A DNA stretch of 64,000 nucleotides from Pristiophorus japonicus (taxonomy: Eukaryota): assembly GCF_044704955.1 (NCBI RefSeq), contig NC_091999.1:10540001-10604000 (forward strand), read 5' to 3'. Below the pieces are notes generated by a model, which did not search any database, was not told where the DNA came from, and worked only from the letters and a program-made list of their open reading frames with translations. Made by a program: the position numbers and the translations under genes. This document shows positions 1-10,715 of the stretch, one piece after another. Within the stretch, counting starts at the first letter, position 1. Every line of letters begins with the position of its first letter.

Positions 1-715
1 GATGAACAAATAAAAAGTAACATCCACCATGTTTGTTTGCAGATTTCAACAGAATGGTTTGAAGCTGAAATTGTTTTTCATCAAGTGTAGGGAGAGGTTG
101 ACGAATATCCGGCCTCTTTGCTGATTGGACCGTTCTTGACAGAGACAGCGGGTGATATATAATCAACTCACGTGTCCTGTGTTCTCCAATTCATCCAATT
201 ATCTTACAGCCCTTTGTTCCCCAAGTCAACCAATCTGATCACTGTGCTTTGTTCTCCAATTCATCCAATCAGCTCACAGCTCATTTATTCTGCAAAGCGT
301 ACAGCAGGGAAAGGAGTGCAAAAATATTCACAACAGAGAAATGCCTGGGGATTAAAGCCAATGTTGGCCCTTTAATAGGCGATTGAGGCCGATGTTGGGC
401 CTTTAACAAGGGATGAAAGCCAAAGTTGATCCTTTAACAAATAATTAAAGCCAATGTTGCCCCTTTAACGGGGTCACTATGGGCGGTGGAGGCAGTGAAG
501 GGATATATTAACATTGTTCTGGTATCAGTACCGCAGGCTTCATTTAAAAGAACTGCTCACTCACATTGGAACCAGCTCACATAGAATTTTGCAGAGTCTA
601 CAGCAGAGAAATTCGTCATTTGGCGAAACTAGTCTGCATACTTTGGTTTAGGTTCCATTGTTAGTTCACAATCCCGGTTACAGATCTGATTTATTGACAG
701 GAGAGTCTATTGCTG

Positions 716-754
716 TTGTTTTGTACGGGGTTACTGCATCCGTGTAACAGTGTG
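716..754 (-). other. 23-RSS of V pseudogene
   Basis: Minus strand CACACTG - 23 bp - ACAAAACAA. Confidence 0.8.
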
Positions 755-1190
755 GGGCGCAGCACAGATTTATTTTGGCGGAGTCAGAGACTAAAGCCCC
801 GGAGACATTAAATGAAACCGATTTCTTGGCTTAGTCCTAATCATCAGAGATCCAGTCTGGGAGATTTCGAGAATGATCCCACTGCCGCTTGCCGTATCTC
901 TTCAGTAAATATCTCGGAGTTTTCCAGGGATGATGGATATACCAGAAGAGGTAAGTATAGGATTGGGATGTGGACTAGCTGCAGTAGAGTATTATGGTCT
1001 GTCCTTCCTGAACCGTTAATTCTGACGGATCCTGGACACTGAATCTTCGCCATTCGTTCCTGTTACAACATGCAGAATGCGTCCAAAGTCTGGAAGTGAA
1101 TTTAAACCGTGAAAGACACAGTCATCAGTTAATCACAGACTCACCAGGCAGTACGATCATTATTATCAATAACGAACATGGGGAGTACAT
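755..1190 (-). pseudogene. TCR alpha/delta-type V pseudogene (family C)
   Basis: Leader 1190-1145 (MYSPCSLLIIMIVLP, GTGAGT donor); exon 2 from 1059: DSV(fs)QDPSELTVQEGQTIILYCS*...LFWYIHHPWKTPRYLL...; frameshift and stops. Confidence 0.88.
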
Positions 1191-1468
1191 CGTGTCTGGT
1201 TTAGATTCCGACAAAAAATAGCAGAATGTTCTAAACATGTGCGATATTAAAGATTAAACCCAAATCAGGGCTGGCTCCACTTATTGACAAACTGAGGGGT
1301 GTTTCCCAGGGAAAGGTTTGGCTGGTCTCTCATAACTGTATTCAGCTTTGCACCAATGAGTGTTAGTTGTGCTCAATTGCTGCATGATCTCCCTCCCCAC
1401 GCGGTTCTCGGTCTCCTTCTCTCTGTCTTTTACATGCGTTATATCTCTGCGGCGCTGTCATTAAGGTG

Positions 1469-4400
1469 CAAGGGTCAAGGATGTCTCGGAGTGGCTGCAG
1501 CGCATTCTGAAGGGGAGCGTGAACAGTCAGCTGTCGTGGTGCATATAGGTACCAACCAAATAGGTAAAAAACGGGATGAGTTACTACAAGCGGAATTTCG
1601 AGAGCTAGGAGGTAAATTTAAAAGTCGGACCTCAAAGGTAGAAATATCAGGATCGCTGCCCGTGCCATGTGCTAGTCAGAGTAGAAATAGAGGATAGCTC
1701 AGATGAAAACGTGGCTTGAGGATTGGTGCAACGGGGAGGGATTCAAATGACTGGGACATTGGAACCAGTTCTGGGGGAGGTGGAACCAGTACAAACCGTA
1801 CTGTCTGCACCTGGGCAGGACCGGAAACGATGTCCTCGGCGGAATGTTTGCTCGTCCTGTTGGGGTGGGGGCGGGCGGTTAAACCAAAATGGCAGGGGGA
1901 TGGCAATCTATGCAGGGATGCAAAGGGAAGTAAAAAGGGGGCAGAACAAAAGGCAGGAAAGAGAACAATAAGAGTGGAATGCATTGAAATCAAGAGCAAA
2001 AATCAAGAGGGCTACATTAGAACATTATTCTAAAAGCACAAGGAATGTTATAAAAGCAAGCCTGAATGCTCTGAGTTTCAATGCGAGTAGCATTCTTAGT
2101 AAGGTGGATGAATTAACTGCACAGATAGCTTTTGATGGATATGATCTAATTGGGATTATGGAGATATGGCTCCAGGGTAAACAAGGTATGGAAACTCGAC
2201 ATCCAGGGGTATTCAATATTCAGGATGGATAGACAGGAAGGAAAAGGAGGGGGTGTAGCGTTACTGTTTAATGAGGACATTAACCCAATAATAAGGAAGG
2301 ACATTAGCAGGGATGATGTGGAATATATATGGGTAGAGCTGCGAAACACCAAATGGCAGAAAACTTTAGTGGGAGTTGTGTCCAGAGCACCAAACAGTAT
2401 CAGGGAGTTTGGTGACGGCATCAAACATGAAATTAGCGACGCGTGCAATAAGGGTACAGCAGTTATCATGGGTGACTTTCATCTTGGTGTAACCAAACTG
2501 GTAGCAATAGTGTGGAGCAGGTGTTCCTGGAGTGCAGAAGGGATGTTTTTCTTGACAAATATGTCGAGGAACCAACTAGAGAGCAGGCTATCCTAGACCG
2601 GGTCTTGTGTAACGAGAGATAATTAATTTGCAATCTGATCGTGCGAGGCCCGTTGGGGAAGAGTGAGCATAATATGGTAGAATTCTTCATTAAGATGGAG
2701 ATTGACACAGTTAATTCAGAGAGTAGGGTCCTGAACATAAAGAAAGGAAACTTCGAGAATTTGAGACGTGAATTGGCAAGGATAGACTGGCGAATGATAC
2801 TTAAAGGTTTGAAGGTCGATCGGGAATGGCAGACATTTAAAGATCACGTGGATGTACTACAACAATTGAACATCCCTGTGTGGCGTAAAAAAAAGGGAAG
2901 GTGGCTCAACCGTGGCTAACAAGGGAAATCAGGGAACGTGTTAAATCCAAGGAGGAGGCATATAAATTGGCAAGAAAAAGAAGCAAACCTGAGGAATGGC
3001 AAAAATGTAGAATTCAGCAGAGGAGGGTTTAATTCGGAGGGGGAAAATAGAGTATGAGCGTAAGCTTACAGGGAACATAAAAACTGACTGCAAAAGCTTC
3101 TGTAGATATCTGTAGAGAAAAAGTTTAGTGAAGACTAATGTTGGACACTTGCAGTCAGAATCAGGTGAATTCATAATGAGGAACAAGGAAATGGCAGAAA
3201 AATTTAACAAATACTTTGGTTTGTCTTTATTAAGGAAGACACGAATAATGCCCCGGAAATACTGGGGACCGAGGATCTAGCGAGAAGGCGGAACTGAGGG
3301 AAATCCTTATTCGACAGGAAAATGGTGTTAAGGAAATTGAAGGGACTGAAGGTTGATAAAAATCCCCGGGGTCTGATTGTCGACATCCCAGAATACTTAA
3401 GGAAGTGGTCTTATAAATAGTAGATGCATTGGTGATAATTTTCCAACATTCCATGTATTCTGGATCAGTTCCTATGGATTGGAGGGTAGAAAATGTAACG
3501 CCACTTTTTTAAAAAAAGAGGGAGAGAGAAAACAGGTAATTATAGACCGGTTAGCCTGACATCGGTGGTGGCGAAAATGCTGGAGTCAATTGTTAAAATG
3601 TAATAGCAGCGCATTTGGAAAACAGTGACAGGATCGGTACAAGTCAGCATGGATTTATGACATGGAAATCATGCTTGAGAATTTTTCTACAGTTTTTTGA
3701 GGATGTAGCTAGTAGAGTGCATAACGGAGAACCAGTAGATGTGGTGTATTTGGACTTTCAAAAGGCTTTTGACAAAGGCCCACACAAGAGAGCAGTGTGC
3801 AAAATTAAGGCACATAGTATTGGGGGTAATGTATTGACGTGGATACAGATTTGGTTGGCAGACAGGAAGCAAAGAGTGGGAGTAAACGGGTCCTATTCAG
3901 AATGGCAGGCCGCGCCTAGTGGGGTGCCACAGGGTTCAGTGCTGGTACCCCAGCTATTTACAACATGCATTAATGATTTAGACGAAGGAATTGAATGTAA
4001 TATCTCCACTTTTGCAGATGACACTTAGCTGGGTGGCGGTGTGAGCTATGAGGAGGACGTTAAGAGGCTGCAGGGTGACATGGACAGGTTAGGTGAGTGG
4101 GCAAATACATGGCAGATGCAGTATAATGTGGATTAAATGTGAGATTATCCACTTTGGGGTCAAATATTGGAAGGCAGATTATTATCTGAATGGTGACAGA
4201 TTAGTAAAAGGGGAGATGCAACGATAAATGGGTGTCATGGTACTTCAGTCATTCAAGGTAGTCATGCAGGGACAGCAGGAAGTAAAGAAAGCAAATGGTA
4301 TGCTGGCATTCATAGCGAGAGGATTTGAGTATAAGAGCAGGGAGGTCTTACTGCAGTTATATAGGCCCTTGGTGAGGCCGCACCTTGAGTATTGTGTGCA

Positions 4401-4891
4401 GTTTTGGTCTCCTAATCTGTGGAAGGACGTGCCTGCTATTGAGGGAGTGCAGCAAAGGTTCACCAGACTGATGCTGGGATGGCAGGATTAACATTTGAGG
4501 AAAGATTGGATCGGCTCGGATTGCACTCACTGGAATTTAGAAATATATAAAATTCTGACGGGACTGGACAGCATTGATGCAGCAGGAAAGTTCCTGATGC
4601 TGGAGAAGTCCAGAACCACGGCACACAGGCTAAGGATAAGGGGTAAGGCACATAGGACCGAGATGAGGAGAAACTGTTTCATGCAGAGATTTTTGAACCT
4701 GTGGAATTTTCTGCCACAGTAATTTGTTGAGTCCAGTTCGTTGGACATATTCAAAGGGGAGGTAGATGTGACCCTTATCACGATGGGGAGAAGGCTTTCG
4801 TGGGGTGCTGAGGTTGAATGATCAGCCATGACCATATTGAATGGCGGGTGTAGGCTCGAAGGAACGAATGGCCTGTTCTGCACCTATTTTC
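1469..4891 (+). mobile_element. CR1 LINE, 5'-truncated in ORF1 (esterase), degenerate APE-RT ORF2
   Basis: VHIGTNQ/ISGSLP ORF1 motifs, GGGVALL and MGDFH endonuclease motifs, YLDFQKAFD/GVPQGSV/FADD RT motifs; 7-bp TSD TAAGGTG at 1462-1468 and 4892-4898. Confidence 0.92.
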
Positions 4892-5134
4892 TAAGGTGAA
4901 AAGTGAAGACATTCCTGCCGTCAATGTGTCCCATTAATAGTTACAGTCATAAAAAATATAGGTTACACACACATATGAACATTAACAAAAATATGCACAA
5001 TGCTTGACACATTTGGATCTTATTGATGTATATTTACTTGTACTTTGCTTGAGATGCAAGCTCTTTACCAATTGATCAGATGCGCACACTTGTGTCAAAA
5101 ACGAGCCTCATGAAGAGCATTGGAAAAAAACACG

Positions 5135-5420
5135 TTACCACAGGCACGGCCACAGAAACACTCAAACACACACACGCAGACACACACACACACACACAGA
5201 CAAACTCATACACACAGACATACACACACACTCAAACACACACAGGCACACATGCACACCAATTCACAAACTCAAACACACAACCACATCTCTCTCTCCC
5301 ACACACGCCCAGACACACAGTCACACTCACACACACACACACACACATGCACACTATCACACTCAGAAACGCACTGAAACACAGATAGACACACGCTCAA
5401 GCACACACAGACACACATAC
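5135..5420. repeat. Imperfect (CA)n microsatellite
   Basis: CA-rich tract; paralogous to 25595-25965. Confidence 0.9.
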
Positions 5421-6324
5421 CGGAATAAATACAGACGGGCACAAAATGATTGATATCCTGAGGAGGATATTGATGTATGTTCAGTCGGCAACATTTTCAG
5501 ATGAATGAGGAACACACTCGATGGAAACTATTCCAACATTGGATTAATTACGCCTCATCAATGCGCCAATATTTTTAGCAATCTGTCAGACAACTCCTGA
5601 AGTTCATATGACAACTGCACTCACTCATCCCTGAGTCACAGGTTGTTTTTCATATCTTGCTTCCCTTTCTGAACACAATCAGCACAGCCACATTCACTCA
5701 GTGCAATCTATTTGCTCCCGTCTTTAACTGATGAGTACAGCACCCTGAACGGATAGAAATATAAACTTCACGTTGTTTGGACAGCATATCGTTCACTCTT
5801 TTAAGATGCAACGGTGTCTCAATTCTCTAAACTGGTGCAATCTATAAGCTGGTGGCAGGAAACTGAAACAGTTACTGTTCTACATGTATCATAAGGGGCT
5901 CCAATTACAGGAGCTGCTCACTGACCCACTGGTGATATAAAGTTTAATGTAGACAGCCAGTCAGTCCTGGGGTATGCGAACACAACGATAGGGTAAATTA
6001 TAAAAACGCCACTTGTTATATGAATGAAATTGGGAATGATTGACACGTTTCAGCAGAATGGGAGGAGACGAGGTGCAGATGGATCAGAGGAAGGTGTCAG
6101 GTGACTATTTATTTATTCTCCCTCCCACTTTACCAGCCCCGCTCATAGCTTCCATTTGCTCCTCTCATTCTGACCCAGCATGCAGGCCCTGAGTTATTGC
6201 AGAGATTGCTCCCGCCGTTATTTGTTTCACATTGGTTAGGTCAACAATGCAGTTGAGTGAATATCAGTATTTCTGCTCCGACAGAGAATTTCCGTGACTG
6301 CAGATATCCAGACTCAAGGGTAGC

Positions 6325-6370
6325 ATGTGGAACCGTCTCGCAGCGCTCCTCATCATTATATCACTTCTGA
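6325..6370 (+). pseudogene. Orphan family-A V leader exon with promoter, no V exon
   Basis: ATG TGG AAC CGT...CTT CTG A|GT, 46 nt, homologous to leader 8947-8992; intron homology breaks off at about 6450. Confidence 0.8.
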
Positions 6371-6729
6371 GTAATTTTACATTCCCAGAAAAAAATCCAT
6401 CCTCTCCCTGACTATTTTAACCCAGGTGTTATTATTGGTAAATTGATAGCAGTGCTGATTCTGCATGAAACACGTCAACTCTTTTCTCTACTTTGCAACA
6501 TTTTTAGGTTCTGAATTGCAAACACTCGATGGTTTCTCCTTTCCTCGATTGAACATGTATTTTCCGACCTGAATCATGGAGATTGTGTCACTCTGACGCT
6601 GTCTTCAAGAGTGAAGAAAGAAGCAGAAGTGCAGACTTGTCGTTGGATTTGTTTCGTCGCCATTTAAAGAATCTCCCTGTGATTCTGACTGTGGAGGCTG
6701 AATTATTGCTTCTGGGTCTCGGTGTGAGA

Positions 6730-6743
6730 GCGCCGTCTGGTGC
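6730..6743 (-). promoter_or_regulatory. CTCF-like motif downstream of RSS
   Basis: GCACCAGACGGCGC, 24 bp beyond the nonamer. Confidence 0.55.
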
Positions 6744-6767
6744 GCAGCAACTGGAACTCTCAGCGTG

Positions 6768-6807
6768 AGTTTTTGTAAGGGTTCCACTATAACTCTGCAG
6801 CAGTGTG
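6768..6807 (-). other. RSS (24-bp spacer)
   Basis: CACACTG - 24 bp - ACAAAAACT. Confidence 0.88.
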
Positions 6808-7310
6808 GGCGCCATGGCACAGAAATACACGGCGGTGTCGGAGATCTGGGCTTTGCCGATCGTGAGCTCGGTAATCTTGGTAGATTTAGTAAACGTAGAG
6901 TAGAATCGATCAGTGATGTCACTGTTTCTGTATACATCCCCTCCGAGAAGACGAAGCATGTACTGTGGAGGCTTCCCGGGGTGCTTACTGTACCAGTACA
7001 CATAAGGGGCATTATCGCTTGTTTTGAAGGTGCAGGTCAGCATGACATTACTTTCCTCTTCAATTGTCATTTCAGGGACCAGCTGTTCCACTGTGTCTTG
7101 GTGGCTCCATTCTAAAATAAAATAATTGTAATCATCACAATCTTCACCATCACCATTATCATAAACACAATCAACATCATCATCAACGTCATTTTACCAA
7201 TAAGAACAGCTGAGTAACGTGAGTCCAGGTGAGAATTGATTTTCAATGAGAAGGAAAGACTTACTGAGAAGTAATATAATGATCAGGAGTGCCGTCAGGT
7301 GGTTCCGCAT
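6808..7310 (-). CDS. TRAV/DV: Apparently functional TCR alpha/delta V segment (family A); exons 7310-7265 and 7111-6808
   Basis: Leader MRNHLTALLIIILLL, GTAAGT/AG intron, open V exon ...DTVEQLVPEMTIEEESNVMLTC...YWYSKHPGKPPQYML...DRF...DTAVYFCAMA, followed by RSS. Confidence 0.9.
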
Positions 7311-7565
7311 GATGCTCCCTCAATCTGCAGTCCGGGAAATCCTCTGTGGGAGCGGAATTACAGATCCCCACGCTATGGCAATGCTGATCACTCCAATGCA
7401 AACAGGGAGCAGCGGCAGCAATTTCTCCAATAACACAGGGCTAGCAAGGCGTGCCAGAGCGAGAGCGGCAAATGGAAGCTGTGGGTGGGGCTGCTGTAGG
7501 CAGTGTTACTGCAAGATTTGTCTCGAGAATTTCCGGGTGATTATGGTGAGAAACATGTGACCACG

Positions 7566-7579
7566 GCGCCCTCTGACGG
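7566..7579 (-). promoter_or_regulatory. CTCF-like motif between divergent V segments
   Basis: CCGTCAGAGGGCGC; paralogs at 33564-33577 and (degraded) 51405-51418. Confidence 0.55.
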
Positions 7580-8029
7580 TGACACTGACGACTTCACAAA
7601 GTCAGGATAATGGGCAGAGCAAAGTGTGAGTTCATCGATGGGGTGGTTTCCAGTGGCCTATTATTTGGAGAGTATTATTTCAGACAATTCAACTGTATAA
7701 ATCAGCGGAAGTGAAATGTGAGTGAATGTAAAGGAAAGAACATGGTTTTCCTGTTAGCGTTGTCCTTCTCTCATTATTTATCACCTTCTTTCATTTATTT
7801 TTCCCCCTTTTCCCATTTGCTGTACTCTACACTATCACTATTGCATGGCTTTCTCTCTTTGTCTTTCACATTCTTTCTTTCATACTTCACTTTCCTTTCC
7901 TCTAGCTATGTTTCAAACTCTGTTCATTTCTCACATTTCTTTCAATCTTTCTCTTCTCCAATTCCCAATTGTTCTCTGATTCTATGAGCTGTTTCGGTGC
8001 TGTACATTCCATGTAATACTTAAATTTTG

Positions 8030-8341
8030 ACGAAAGGTGCCCGGAGATTGGCCCAGACTTGCCTGTGACTTCACAGTGGAATTTACTTCTTTCAGAATCC
8101 AGCGCGGGTTCAGCACGAACGACAACATCTGTTGGTACAGCCGACTGGAGAGCGTGGCCCCGAGATACATCCATTTTGGAATCAAAACAGAACGTTACCA
8201 AATCCTGTTTGAGATCCACACCGAGCGGGATCAAAGTCTGAGCACACTTGGCTTCGGCCAGGCAGAGTTTGTGGATACCGGAACCTCTTGCTGTGCTGCA
8301 GGCCTCAGTTTGGGGAAGAGCCCCGCTCTCGTACAGCTTCT
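8030..8341 (+). pseudogene. V pseudogene (family B) with degenerate RSS
   Basis: NICWYSRLESVAPRYI...FEIHTERDQSLSTL...DTGTSCCAAG then CTCAGTT-22-ACAGCTTCT; first Cys lost; no clear leader. Confidence 0.72.
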
Positions 8342-8946
8342 CCTCACTGAGCAAAGTCTGAATAGATTGGGTGACGGTCAAATCGGTTCCGAAACCGACC
8401 AGTTCAAATAAGGGCAGTGGTCTATCCGCAATTATATTATTCGATACAAATTAAGATGAAATTCCTTTTGATTTCACATTTCAGCTCATTCATGTTATAC
8501 ATTTCCAAACAGTTTAGTTCTCTTTCCCATCGATTATTTCAGCACCTGCTTTTAACACAATTCACTGTTGAAGATTTCAGAAACTGTTGAATAATGTAAT
8601 TATTTTGAAATTCCTGTCGCCAATCTGCCTGCCCCGAACTTGAAAAAAATGTGAAATTAACTCAGCTCTTAATGAGCATAAGGGTTGTATAATTTACAAA
8701 TGAGACATTATTCTGAATTCTGTTCTCGCAGGCGTGTGACAACACTGCCCGCGACAGACATGCCAACAGCTTGCATTTGCTGCTGTCACTCTTCCCCGCC
8801 TTGCCTGCCCTGTGTAATTGGAGAGATCGCTGCCGCTGCACCCTGCTTCACATTGGTTTGACCAGTAGTGCAGTGGAGTGGGGATCTGTATTGCTGCTCT
8901 GACAGAGGATTTCAAGCAGTGCAGAGTTACAGAATCATGGAGCATC

Positions 8947-9441
8947 ATGTGGAACCGTTTCGCATCGCTCCTCATCCTTATGTTACTTCTCAGTAAGTAT
9001 TTCCTTCGCAAAAATAACGATCCTGACCCTGATGGTATTATTGGTAAAGTGATAATGAAGATGATAAAGATGATGATTTTACTATAATTTTATTTACGAA
9101 TGGAGCCAACAAGACACAGTGGGACAATCTGTTGTCGAAATGATGGTTGAAGAGGAAAGTAATTTCACACTAAACTGTACCTTGAAAACCAGCCATCCTA
9201 GCCTTTCTGTGTTCTGATACAGTCAGCAACCCGGGCAGCCCCCACAGTACATGTTTTACCTTTTTGGAGTGGCAGTAAACGAAACCCTGACTTCACTGAC
9301 CGATTCTCTTCTGCGTTTCATAAAACGATTAAGATTACCGAGCTAACGATCAGCAAGGCCTTGATCTCAGACACCGCCGTGTATTTCTGTGCCATGAGCA
9401 CCACACTGGTGCAGATATATTGCGGACCCCGTGCAAAATCC
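8947..9441 (+). pseudogene. Family A V pseudogene with RSS
   Basis: Leader 8947-8992; acceptor AG>CG; conserved Trp TGG>TGA (9215-9217); frameshift; RSS CACACTG-24-GCAAAATCC at 9402-9441. Confidence 0.9.
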
Positions 9442-9465
9442 CACAGTGGGAGTTCCAATCAGTGC

Positions 9466-9479
9466 TCACCAGAGGGCGC
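9466..9479 (+). promoter_or_regulatory. CTCF-like motif downstream of RSS
   Basis: TCACCAGAGGGCGC, 24 bp after the nonamer. Confidence 0.65.
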
Positions 9480-9779
9480 TCTCACACTGACAAACAAAAG
9501 CGATAATTCAGCCTCCACAGTGAGATGCACAGGGACTTTCTTAAAAGTTCAATTGAACACAATCCTTAACAAGAACCGGTGACGTTCACCGGTGGAATTA
9601 TATTAGCTGGTGATTTTAAAGCATATTTAAAATAGAAATACACTGCGCATAGGCATCAATGCCCATTCCGTGCATGCCTGTCCCATCTTACCCCTTGTCT
9701 CCAGTTTGTATCCATAATTATTTGATATCTCTTCTTCCTTCTTTTAGTTTAACGATGTAAAACCTTTGCTTCAGCTCAT

Positions 9780-10120
9780 CTCTCTGTTTCTCACGCTGTG
9801 GTACTTTCTCTGTCACTCTATTTCACTATCTACCTTTTTCACTATCTCTGTGTCTCTCGTCTCCATCTGATTCTCACTTTATGTATCTCATTGGCTCCTT
9901 GTCTGTTTCTGCCTATCTCCCGCTCTGTCTGTCTCTCTATCTCTCACTGTGTCCCTATTTCTGTATCTCTTTCTCACTTTTTCTCTCTCCGTTCTTTGCT
10001 CTGTCTCTCTCTCTGTCTCAACCTCGCATTGTTTCACTCTCTCATTATCTTTCACTCTCTTCCCCTATGTTTATTTCTATTTGTTTCTCTATCTACATCT
10101 CTCCATCAGTCTCTCCCTAA
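9780..10120. repeat. CT-rich low-complexity tract
   Basis: Polypyrimidine (CT/TCTG) tract; paralog at 35680-36060. Confidence 0.8.
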
Positions 10121-10715
10121 ATATCTCGTCTTACGTTAAATTAGTACCAGTCTGAATTATGACTGCACTAAACCAACTCTCTGTTTATATTACTCTTGGC
10201 ACTGTCAAAACGATTTGTTGAGGCATGGAAGATGACGTTTTAAGGTATGTAGTAGTGTGCTGGTCCTGCTCCTCAATAAATAATCCCTAGGTGTGAGCTA
10301 ATAATCTAGAGTGCACTAGTTCAACTTCTACTATCATCGTTTTGAAATTTGAATTCAGATGTTTTACAAATAAATAAGAAGCAGTTTTTCATAAAAGTGA
10401 ATGTGAAACTTGGATTGTGGTAAAACCCCAACTACATCACTAATGTCCTTTATTTGGAAGGAAAACTGCTATCTTTTATGGCTCTGCCCCTTATGGGACT
10501 CCGGTGTCATACACAATGTGGTTGTCTCTTGGCTGTTTGGTGAAGTGGCCCAGTAAACTACTCAATTGTACCAAACGGGTGCAAAGAGCGGAAATGCAGT
10601 AGTCCATGAATAAGGAACACCACCAGCTTATCAAGGGGAATCTGGGGAATGGGCAATAAATGTCAGGCTCCTCAGCGACCTCACGAGAACTAATAAGAAA
10701 GGGAAACATAACAAC

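Noticed and set aside
5080-5388. His/Thr-rich and Cys/Val-rich ORFs (also 19245-19781, 25546-26052)
   Set aside because: Translations of CA/TG microsatellites
7902-8381. 159-aa minus-strand ORF
   Set aside because: Antisense to the family-B V pseudogene and not open in its paralogs
9798-10155. Hydrophobic Leu/Ser ORFs resembling membrane proteins (also 35667-36152)
   Set aside because: CT-rich low-complexity DNA
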